A stretch of DNA of 64,000 nucleotides. Source: Eledone cirrhosa. Its lineage: Eukaryota. The position numbers and the translations under genes were made by a program. Below the pieces are notes generated by a model. That model was not told the origin of the DNA and ran no database searches. It saw only the letters and a list, made by a program, of their open reading frames with translations. Below, piece after piece: positions 14,771 through 25,519 of this stretch. Numbering within the stretch: position 1 is the stretch's first letter; each line of letters starts with the position of its first letter. Location of the stretch: the NCBI GenBank assembly GCA_964016885.1, contig OZ024764.1:3100001-3164000 (forward strand), written 5' to 3'.

Positions 14771-15825
14771 CTCTCACTTCTTTTCTATCACGCCCACTCT
14801 CTCGGGAAGGAATGGGCTCTGCCTTCTCTTAAAAATGCCCTAGAAACGCTATATATCAATATGGTACTGTTGTGACCCCGTTAGGGTTACAGGAAAGCAG
14901 AGGTATCATAGAATCAGGGGCTTGCTTTTAGGCAGCTTGGTATCGAAAGGGTTAATCCCATGTATTAGACCCAGCTCTCTTTCTCTCATGCACCCAGCTC
15001 TCTCTCTCTCTCTCACTCTCTCTCACTCTCTCTCTCTCTCCCCCTCTGTCTCTCTCTCTCCCTCTCTCTCTCTCTCCCTCCCTCTCTCTCCCACTCTCTC
15101 TCTCTCATGCACCCAGCTCTCCCTCCCTCCCTCTCTCATGCACCCAGCTCTCCCCCCCCCTCTCTCTCTCCCCCTCCCTCCCTCCCTCTCACTTTCTCTC
15201 TCTCTCACTCTCTCCCTCCCTCTGTCTCTCCCTCTCCCTCCCTCTCTCTCCCTCTCTCTCTCTCTCTCTCTCAGTACATATCCTGGTGGGGGTCACATGA
15301 AACATGCCCCAGCTGTAGTTGTTTAGCCCTAGGTTGAAGCTGGCTGAGTTGTGATTGTTGTGTGTGTGTGTTGGACCTCCACCGGTTCCGACTTCGATTA
15401 TTCCATTTGTTCAAACAATGGAACAGCCTGCTCATGAAATTAACGTGCAGGTGGCTGAACATTCCACAGGCACGTGACCCAGCCGTCTCCTTCTGACTAT
15501 CTTTGCAGCATTCATTATTTGCTTTATTCCTTTCACCCAGTCACTAACATCCTTCCCCAAAAAACATGACCCAGCCATCTCATTCTATACCCCTCCGCAA
15601 CATCCACCACAAGCTCTATACTCCTCTTCCTTTCCCTACCGCACAGCAACACTACCCCTGCCCACCAAATATTTCTCATTTCTTCTCTCTCCACCCTCCC
15701 TCTCTATGTCATAGAAGGTGACTATTAAGGTTGACCCAAGGAAGGGCATCCAGCTGTAAAACTTCAACATCCCTCACACACAAAAACCCTAATATACATA
15801 TACACACAAATACACGCATACATTT

Positions 15826-15897
<72 letters not shown>

Positions 15898-15902
15898 CAT
15901 AT

Positions 15903-16202
15903 GGAGGCACATGGCTTAGTGGTTAGAGCATTGGCCTTGCAATCGAAAGGTTGTGAGTACAATTCTCAGACCGGGTGATGTGTTGTTTCCTTGAGCAAGA
16001 CACTTTATTTCACATTGCTCCAGTTTACTCAGCTGTAGAAATGAGATGATAAGGACTGGGGTCCCTATCATTCCACTGCAAAGTGGTCGTGGAGGTGCCA
16101 CGGCAAAAAAGCACCCATCGCTCACTGTAAATGAGGTTGGTGTTAGGAAGGGCATCCAGCTGTAGAAATCAAGCCAGAATCAGTTCCCATCCCACCCTTG
16201 CC
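15903..16202 (+). mobile_element. tRNA-derived CORE-like SINE
   Basis: Near-identical to 14429-14770; directly follows a (TA)n run. Confidence 0.88.
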
Positions 16203-16429
16203 AAAAAAAAAAAAGAAAAAATGATGATATATATATATATATATATATCAAAAGTATATGTTGAGTTAAAAACTCACAATAGTCCCTTATAATCAAAGTA
16301 GCTCAAGGAAAAGATTTTCTGAGCCTAATAATACCATAAAGAGAGACCAACACAGATATATACATATATGTGTGTTCAAGTCCCTTGTGATTTGAACACA
16401 TATATGTATATATCTGTGTTGGTCTCTCT

Positions 16430-16617
16430 AGGGAGATGAATTGGCAGTATCGGTAGAGGGTCGGATGCCATACTTTCCAGCAAGTTATGTCCCTTTACGA
16501 TCTGAGTTCAAATCCCGCTGAGGTTAACTTTGCCTTTCAACCTTACGGGGTCGATAAAATAAAGTACCAGTAATGCACTGGGTAATTGCTGGCCTTGTGC
16601 CAAAAGTAGAAACAATT
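16430..16617 (+). mobile_element. Meta-domain-like tRNA SINE
   Basis: Full copy homologous to 30110-30300. Confidence 0.82.
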
Positions 16618-17094
16618 ATATATACTTACACACACACACACATACATATATACATGTAAGTGACTGGGCGAGAGCAGTGATCAAATTGAAAGTGGAAGGA
16701 AGTGGTGGAAGTGGAAGACCAGGAAAGATGACGGCGGGGGAAATGAAAGCCAGGGTGAAAGTGAAGGTGAGGGTGCAGACAGGAGTAAATGTAGAAGCTT
16801 GTCTTGGGGCTAGCCGCTGATTTAGTTGGGAAAATTGAACTTCTGATATATTGAGATGGTGTACCTTTATCAACAAAGACTGTGAAACTAATAGTTCCTT
16901 GAAAATACAACTAAAAGCATGTATTAATATATATGTGTTAGTTACAGGCTCCACGCTGTTCAAAGCACTCAATGCTGTTACGAGGTCTGTCTCGTTTGGG
17001 TTGTATTCCAGAGTTAAGGCTGCTATAGTGTGCAGAGTAAATAAATTAAGAAGAACTGAAGTGGGTTGCAGCGATATTTACAAACTTTATTGGC

Positions 17095-17179
17095 ATATTA
17101 CAGTTGTTTCGATATCAATCAGCTCTGTGTACAATCAAGGTGACACGGCCAAACACTTTTCCGATATCTCATCAGATAT
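17095..17179 (-). ncRNA. Minimal type I hammerhead ribozyme motif (Penelope-like element type)
   Basis: Minus strand: atat-CTGATGA-gatatc...gatatc-GAAAC-aact-GTA-atat; intact core, 6-bp stem II, 4-bp stem I. Confidence 0.72.
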
Positions 17180-17338
17180 TTTCACATGTAAACATGTAAA
17201 CTCCCATATTTGATGAGCTATCCAAAATAAGTCAGGCCCTGTCATTATGATTGTTCCCTGAGCTGATCGATATAGAAACAATTGTAATGTGTAAATAAAG
17301 TTTGTACATATGGCTGCAACATTGACTTCAGTTCTTCT

Positions 17339-17392
<54 letters not shown>

Positions 17393-18177
17393 GTATATAT
17401 ATATGTATATATATATATTTATATATCGCCTTTGTGTTTATGTATCAAGTGCTCATTTTTTTTGTAATATGAAAACACGCTCAAGTAACTTTATATATAT
17501 ATATATAATGTACACACACCCATATATATATATATTTATATATATCCAAAATTAAGTTAAATTAAGGGTGTCATATCAGATAGACATGCGCCATATCCAC
17601 CGTAAAATATGCTCCAAGATTCCAATGAATAAATCCGAGCATTTTATATCAACTAGAAATTGATTGACATATAAATATATCTAAAATAAACATATGAAAC
17701 AATCACAGGGGATAATTTGTAAAAGTGTGTAAGCACACAGAGCTATGTAGGTAACTATATAAATTATCCCCTGTGATTGTTTCATATGTTTATTTTAGAT
17801 ATATTTATATGTCAATCAACTTATAGTTGATATATGTATATATATATATATATATCATCATCATTGTTTAACGTCCATGTTCCACGCTTGCATGGGTTTG
17901 GACGGGAGTTTTCCCACTTGAGGCAAGAGTGGTTGTCTTGCTCGCATAGGACTGTCTGGCGGGTTTTCTACAGCTGGATGCCCTTCCTAACACCAACCAC
18001 ATTTACAGTATATATATATATATATGTGTATATATATATATATATATATACACATACATGCATCATATTATGTGTGTTTAGGTATATGTATGTATACACA
18101 CATATTATGTGTATAATAGATATATGTATACATATATATACATCTACATTATGTGTGTGCATATATATAATCACTGT

Positions 18178-18392
18178 TTAACCCTTTACCATTTCTAATA
18201 CTCTATATTTACTATTATATTTTCACGATAAAAGCTTTATCTCACATAATATCGAATCTATGAGATCTTGATATTATTTATTTTGAGAACAATATTTTAA
18301 CATAAGTATGACCAGCCAGTTATGGTCGGTTTGAAGAGAAAGAGGTGAGAGAATTCTGGCCGGATATGGCTGGTTTAAATGCTAAAGGGTTA
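18178..18392. mobile_element. piggyBac-like MITE (TTAA|CCCTTT...AAAGGG|TTA)
   Basis: Terminal inverted repeats ccctttaccattt / aaatgctaaaggg; interior homologous to the 69-bp unit and to 13995-14135. Confidence 0.6.
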
Positions 18393-18984
18393 TCGTCCGT
18401 TGAAACGATGATGATGATGATATATGTATACACACATAATGTAGATGTATATATATACATACCTTTGTTTTACAACGTTTTATGTTGGGGAGGGTCATGT
18501 GTTGAAACAGGTATTGTTATATTTGGGGAGGGTCATGTTGTTATAATATTGCCAGAAATATATAATAAAACCAACCCAAGCCAAACAGTGACTGTGTTTT
18601 ACTATATATTTCTGGCAATATAATATGACCCTCCCCAAATATAACAATATATATATATATTGGTCTAGCGTGGAAAGATGGACGTAAAATGGCGATGATG
18701 AGATATATATATTTAATTAAGTAATAAACAAGAATATAATTATTCCATTACGCAAGGTTTCACGAAGTTAGACGATTCTAACAGAAATGCCTGATATTAT
18801 TCATCAGATGAAATATCAGATGTTTTTGTTAGAATCGTCTAACTTCGTGAAACCTTGAGTAATGGAATAATTATATTGTGTTGTTTATTATATAATTAAA
18901 TAGTTCTGTACTATACATAGAGCACTCTTCTTTCCTTTACCTTTTCTACGAAAATACATAACATAATATATATATATATGTGTG

Positions 18985-19015
<31 letters not shown>

Positions 19016-19363
19016 TTTTTTTTTCACCAAGTTTTTTTTTACTAAAGAAATTTTAGCCTGATAGTGGGGTTTTAAACCCTCTAAAAAGTACATCAATACT
19101 CATCCTTTTCCATCTTTAGAGGGTTTTACATCTAACTATCAGGCTAAAATTTCTTTAGTCAAAAACACTGCGAAAGCTTCTATTTCTAACAAATTTCAAA
19201 CATCGCTCACTGTTTCAAAACAAACTTGCTTTATATATATATATATATCTCCGTCCCACCTTTGCACGCAGGGAAAAGCAGACGTAAAATGATCATATAT
19301 ATATATATATATATATAAATACTTCATAAACAACAATCAAAAAGTGTTTTAGAACATTTAATC

Positions 19364-19408
19364 ACTTACAATCGTTTCATCCTAGCACAAGGCCAGATTC
19401 ATCAGAGT
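19364..19408 (-). ncRNA. Minimal type I hammerhead ribozyme motif
   Basis: Minus strand: act-CTGATGA-atctggccttgtgctaggat-GAAAC-gatt-GTA-agt; inverted mutated copy at 19479-19525. Confidence 0.65.
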
Positions 19409-19727
19409 ATATAATAAAGGTTAAAACACAAATATAATATTAGAAGTTATATTATATTTGTGTTTTAACCTTTTTATCTACTCTGATGGAACCAGCCTTG
19501 TGCTAGGATGAAACGATTGTAAGTAATTAAATGTTCTAAACACTCTTTGATTGTTATTTATAATGTATTTCGGCTCTGTAATATATTTCTTATTTTACAT
19601 TGAGCTATTCTCATACTTGTTATTGGGTAATATTTAATATTACCCACATTATATGTATATATGTGTGTGTATATATATATATTGAGACAATTATATATAT
19701 ATATGGATGTGTTTGCTATTTCTACAG

Positions 19728-19935
19728 TGGCGCAACCTGAACAAGGATGAGAAGGAAAGGTTTGAAGAGAAAGCCAAGAAAATTGCTGAAGAACAAGCTG
19801 CCAAACAAGAAGCAGCAGAGAAGGCCTTCAACGAATCCCTTAACAACCCGCAGAGTCCCTGGTCTGACTACAGCCGAAGTATGTCCCCAGCCGCTGGCTC
19901 AGCCGGTACCATGCCAAATGGACAACCAATACCGG
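19728..19935 (+). CDS. PBRM1: Polybromo-1 exon, C-terminal half of HMG box and linker (WRNLNKDEKERFEEKAKK...NGQPIP)
   Basis: ctacag acceptor; continues HMG helix 3 in frame from the previous exon; CCGG|gtaata donor, phase 1. Confidence 0.92.
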
Positions 19936-20057
19936 GTAATAAAACAACTTTTTTACCTGAGTTTGTCTGTTGCTCTGAGTCTATATTTCTATGTCTTTCT
20001 ATCCATCTCTCTGTCTTTCTATTTCTCTTTCCCCACACACTTTCCATACCCAACTCC

Positions 20058-21060
20058 CCAGTCCACACTGTAAAGTGGTCATGTAGGTGACACAACAAAA
20101 AGTACTCAGTCCACACTGTAAAGTGGTCATGTAGGTGACACAACAAAAAGTACTCAGTCCACACTGTAAAGTGGTCATGTAGGTGACACAACAAAAAGTA
20201 CTCAGTCCACACTGTAAAGTGGTCATGTAGGTGACACAACAAAAAGTACTCAGTCCACACTGTAAAGTGGTCATGTAGGTGACACAACAAAAAGTACCCA
20301 GTCCACACTGTAAAGTGGTCATGTAGGTGACACAACAAAAAGTACTCAGTCCACACTGTAAAGTGGTCATGTAGGTGTCACAACAAAAAGTACCCAGTCT
20401 ACACTGTAAAGTGGTCATGTAGGTGTCACAACAAAAAGTACCCAGTCCACACTGTAAAGTGGTCAAGTAGGTGTCACAACAAACAACACCCAGTCCACAC
20501 TGTAAAGTGGTCATGTAGGTGTCACAACAAAAAGTACCCAGTCCACACTGTAAAGTGGTCATGTAGGTGTCACAACAAAAAGTACCCAGTCCACACTGTA
20601 AAGAGGTCATGTAGGTGTCACAATAAAAAGAACCCAGTCCACACTGTAAAGTGGTCATGTAGGTGTCACAACAAAATGTACCCAGTCCACACTGTAAAGT
20701 GGTCATGTAGGTGTCACAACAAAAAGTACCCAGTCCACACTGTAAAGTGGTCATGTAGGTGTCACAACAAACAACACCCAGTCCACACTGTAAAGTGGTC
20801 ATGTAGGTGTCACAACAAAAAGTACCCAGTCCACACTGTAAAGTGGTCATGTAGGTGTCACAACAAAAAGCACCCAGTCCACACTGTAAAGTGGTCATGT
20901 AGGTGTCACAACAAAATGTACCCAGTCCACACTGTAAAGTGGTCATGTAGGTGTCACAACAAAAAGTACCCAGTCCACACTGTAAAGTGGTCATGTAGGT
21001 GTCACAACAAAATGTACCCAGTCCACACTGTAAAGTGGTCATGTAGGTGTCACAACAAAA
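20058..21060. repeat. 48-bp minisatellite (about 21 copies)
   Basis: Unit ccagtccacactgtaaagtggtcatgtaggtgtcacaacaaaaagtac. Confidence 0.97.
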
Positions 21061-21437
21061 TATAGCCAGTGCTCACTGTAAATGAGGTTGGAATTAGGTA
21101 GGGCATCCAGCTGTAGAAACAAAGCCAAAATCAGTTCATCTGCCATGGTCATCTGATCGGGCTCATCTCACAGCAGGACAACTAATGCTAGCCATGGAAA
21201 TATGGACGTTAAGCGGTGATGATGTGTATTACAAAGCGCTACCTAAGGTCTCAATGCCTAATATTGACCAAATCTCCATTTTTTAAGGGGGATCAAATTT
21301 GTGAGCTAATCTTCAGGGCCTTAGATGAGTTTTGAAACCTCAGGTAGGGCTTTTGATCTGCTCTCTCTCCTCAATTAAGCATTGTTTTTTCCTCTTTCAC
21401 TCCCACGGATATTGTACGACACACAAACATATCTATA

Positions 21438-21735
21438 CAGTTGTCCCCTGCTATTCGAGGGGGTTATGTTCGTAGATCACCCGTGAAGAGTGGAAAACTG
21501 CTAATATTAGACGTGGTCCATAAAAATGCCTATAAACGTCAAAATATGACGTAAAATATAGTAAAAAAAAAGAGGGAGAGTCTTATGTGAAGGGGCGTCT
21601 AATAGGCCAGCATATACGGTATATTGTTATTAATAATTTAGTGTTAAATATATATATAATGCCCTGAAAAAAGAGCCATAAAATAATCACGGCAGATATT
21701 TACAATTGTGTGGATAAACCACAAATGCCTGGAGT
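21438..21735. mobile_element. pogo/Tigger-like non-autonomous element fragment
   Basis: TA|CAGTTGTCCCCTGCTATTCGAGGGGG terminus; interior homologous to 39977-40275. Confidence 0.55.
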
Positions 21736-21752
21736 TCACACACACACACACA

Positions 21753-21791
<39 letters not shown>

Positions 21792-22069
21792 TATATATAC
21801 CCTAAGTATTGAGTACTCTGGTGCGTTAAGGTCCATCTGGTTCCTTACCACACCTCTTTCGTTATATATATATATATATATATGGTGGGGTTACGTTTGG
21901 AGAGGTCAAAGAAACAATATAAATATAAGATCTCTGTCTGACCGCAGACATTTATAATCCTTTGCCAATGTATTCTTTTGCTATCTCGCTTTTTGCCTTT
22001 CTTTATGTGTGTATATATTTATCTATGTTTAGTTAACTTCTCCCTTCCCCCCTAACCCTAACCCCTTTA

Positions 22070-22590
22070 CCATTTACATTGCTCTATATTTACTATTGTA
22101 TTGTCACAGTAAAGGCTTTACCTCACATAATATCTCACATAACATTTACATTACTCTATATATACTATTGTATTGTCACAGTAAAGGCTTTACCTCACAT
22201 AATATCTCACATAACATTTACATTACTCTATATATACTATTGTATTTTCACAGCAAAGGTTTTACCTCACATAACATTTACCTTACTCTATATATACTAT
22301 TGTATTTTCACAGTAAAGGCTTTACCTCACATAATATCTCACATAACATTTACATTACTCTATATATACTATTGTATTTTCACAGTAAAGGCTTTACCTC
22401 ACATAATATCTCACATAACATTCACATTACTCTATATATACTATTGTATTGTCACAGTAAAGGCTTTACCTCACATAATATCTCACATAACATTTACATT
22501 ACTCTATATATACTATTGTATTTTCACAGTAAAGGCTTTACCTCACATAATATCTCACATAGCATTTACATTACTCTATATTTACTATTA
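22070..22590. repeat. 69-bp minisatellite, second array of the same family
   Basis: Same unit as 13220-13995; begins right after taaccctttacca. Confidence 0.96.
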
Positions 22591-23015
22591 ATTCGGAGCC
22601 AACTTTGTGTTTCTTCCTATCAAGATTGGTATAGGTACCAGTTACATGCTAGGGTCCATGTGATTAACTTTGCCCCTTCCCACAATTTGCTGGCCTTGTG
22701 TCTACATATGAAATCATTGCTGTTGTAGTTGTTGCTATTATTGTTGTTGTTGGCATGTTTGTGATTATTAATTTTTTTTTTTTTTTCTCTTTTTCTTTCC
22801 TTTTCTTTTTCTCTTTCTTTCATTTTCTTCCCCGCCCCTCCGTCCATTCCTCTGCCCTCCACTCCCCCCCACCACCACCACCTACCATTACTAACCTTCT
22901 TACAACCCTTCCTCCCCCTCCCTATATCCACCCCACACTGCCCCACCCTCACTTTTTCAATAACAATTTTCGAAAAAAAAAAAAAAAAATGAAAACCTTT
23001 AAAAAAAACCCACAG

Positions 23016-23054
23016 GAAATTTCCAGAACCAGTTTGGATTCCAGGCATTCCAAG
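23016..23054 (+). CDS. PBRM1: Candidate 39-nt cassette exon of polybromo-1 ((G)NFQNQFGFQAFQ(G))
   Basis: ccacag acceptor after about 285 nt with no AG and a TACTAAC at 22889-22895; CAAG|gtcagc donor; phase 1-1 matches both neighbours; no stop codon. Confidence 0.55.
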
Positions 23055-23216
23055 GTCAGCTCTGTTGCTCTTCCCACTCAAATTTACGCACCTGTTACTC
23101 ACCTGCCTGCTCAATTTACTCAGCCATTTTGTACTCACCAATCACCAGTTCATCACCCTCACTCACTAATTCAGTAACTCACATAATTACTCATGGAATC
23201 ACTCGACTCCCACTTC

Positions 23217-23290
<74 letters not shown>

Positions 23291-23319
23291 GTATATATAC
23301 ACATACACATATATAAGCT

Positions 23320-23715
23320 TCTATCATAATTTTATGTAAGAACCTTTGTTAAGTTATGTTCCAAACACCAACAGTGTCTTTCATTAGAAATATGGTAATG
23401 AAAGCATTAAAGTGTTTATATTTATTTAAAAACCTTCCATCATAATTTTATGTAAGAACCTTTGTTAAGTTATGTTCCAAACACCAAAAGTGTCTTTCAT
23501 TAGAAATATGGTAATGAAAGGGTTAAAGTGTTTATATTTATCTAAAAACCTTCCATCATAATTTTATGTAAGAACCTTTGTTAAGTTATGTTCCAAACAC
23601 CAACAGTGTCTTTCATTAGAAATATGGTAATGAAAGGGTTAAAGTGTTTATATTTATCTAAAAACCTTCCAACATAATTTTATGTAAGAACCTTTGTTAG
23701 GTTATGTTCCAAACA
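23320..23715. repeat. 116-bp tandem repeat (about 3.3 copies)
   Basis: Period 116; contains gaaatatggtaatgaaagggttaa. Confidence 0.9.
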
Positions 23716-24319
23716 AGCAAAATAATATATTACTAAATTTCAAGAAATTCTTGATTATTTTCAAAACTAATAAAACATCATGGGGGTCGGTTGGTGTCTC
23801 TCATTGGAAATATGGTAACAAAAATACCAGTCATATATTGGGGGAAGGTTGATATAATGGAGCTATACCTGTGACTCACATTCTTTCTCTCTCTCTCTCT
23901 CTCCAGATCTGCATCTACTTGTCATATTAACATCAAACCAGCAATCTCTCTCTCCTATCACTCTCTCCTCTCTCTCTCCTATCCCTCACCCTTTCTCTCT
24001 CTCTCTCTCACACACACTCTCTCTCTCACACACTCTCTCTCTCTCACACACTCTCTCTCCTATCCCTCACCCTTTCTCTCTCTCTCTCTCACACACACTC
24101 TCTCATTTCTCTCTCATCCCTCTCTCTCTCACCTTTCATCACTCGTGTCCTCTCTCTCTGCCTGCTTTTGCATTTTCATTTATATTTTTTTCTTTTGCAT
24201 TTTCATTTAATTTTTCTAATTGTAAACTATAAACATTGGTCATGATGATGATGATGGGATGGTGGTGGTGGTGGCGGGGAGGACAATCATGTTGGTGTTG
24301 GGGATAAGGATTTTGTTGT

Positions 24320-24755
24320 TGTTACAGTTCACACCTATGTAGGTTTAGCTGGCCTCCTACAAGGTAGTATCTCATAGGAAGTTTCTTGGGTGTTTTAATG
24401 ATAGGGACCCCAGTCCTATTATGTTGTTACAGCTCACACCTATGTAGGTTTAGCTGGCCTCCTACAAGGTTGTATCTCTCAGGAGGTTTCTTGGGTGTTT
24501 TAATAAAGACCCCAGCCCTATCATGTTGTTACAGCTCACACCTATGTAGGTTTAGCTGGCCTCCTACACGGAGGATTCTTGGGTGTTTTAATGATAGGGA
24601 CCCCAGCCCTATCATGTTACATCTCACACCTATGTCGGTCTAGCTGGTCTCCTACAAGGTTGTATCTCATAGGAGGTTTCCTGGCTGTTTTAATAAGGAC
24701 TCAAGTCCTATCATGTTACTGCAGCTGACACCTATATAGGGCTAGCTGGTCTCCT
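24320..24755. repeat. 105-bp minisatellite family, array 1 (opposite orientation)
   Basis: Reverse complement of the 35855-36790 unit. Confidence 0.9.
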
Positions 24756-25519
24756 ATATATACACATGCTTGGTGTGTATGTCTGAGAGAAAGAATACAG
24801 ACATCTTGTAATATGCTGGGCCTGGGCATTCCAGTTGTTGGATCAACAAAACAGCCTGTTCATGAGATTAACAAGCAAATATTACAATAAAAGATAGAAA
24901 GACTTAATAGTAACATGTAAAAACATTCAATTGAGATACGGCGAAATGTATGCAAAGGGGAGAAATCTAATTATGTCGTTAAGTTAAGTAGGATATTGGG
25001 TGCGGGGGTTATATATATAAAGCACCCACTACACACTGTAAAGGAGTGGCATCCAGCCATAGAAAGCTTGCTTAAGAAAGGGTTGGGAGGACCATTCAGT
25101 TGTGTCAAAGACATGACAAACTCTCTAGTACTGGGGCCCTAATAAAATGCACTTGGTAGAACATGGAACCATATGTAAGTGAGATGCTGATCCCTATCCT
25201 GCCTGGGAGGTCACTATCCCCGCTTGGTACTGACTCGGTTTGTGAAGACCTTTTTAGCCCTAGCTAGCAGAGAAAATGAACGTTAAATGATAATGGTGAT
25301 GATGATACACAGCTAAGCTGCTTGATTTGGCTGAGTTTTTATCGTATTGGCATTTGTCCTGGCTCTCTAAGTTCAAATCCCACCAAGGCCTGCTTTGCTT
25401 TTCATCAGTGATTCCCGTCATGGGATGCACACCCCACAGGGGAGCAATTTGAATATTGAAGGAGGGCAATTTGAAAATGATGTTAATGAGAGAAAACTTC
25501 AGGTTTTACTTTATTGCCT

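Noticed and set aside
19999-21065. Cys-rich repeat ORF or CRISPR-like periodicity
   Set aside because: 48-bp tandem repeat with no unique spacers; eukaryotic intron; no cas genes
22054-22068. ctaaccctaaccc telomere-like repeat
   Set aside because: Only two units, adjoining the TAACCCTTT terminus of a MITE-like element
25409-25455. Possible extra PBRM1 exon after ttcatcag
   Set aside because: In the required phase 1 it reaches TGA within 15 codons, and the acceptor lies in a SINE remnant
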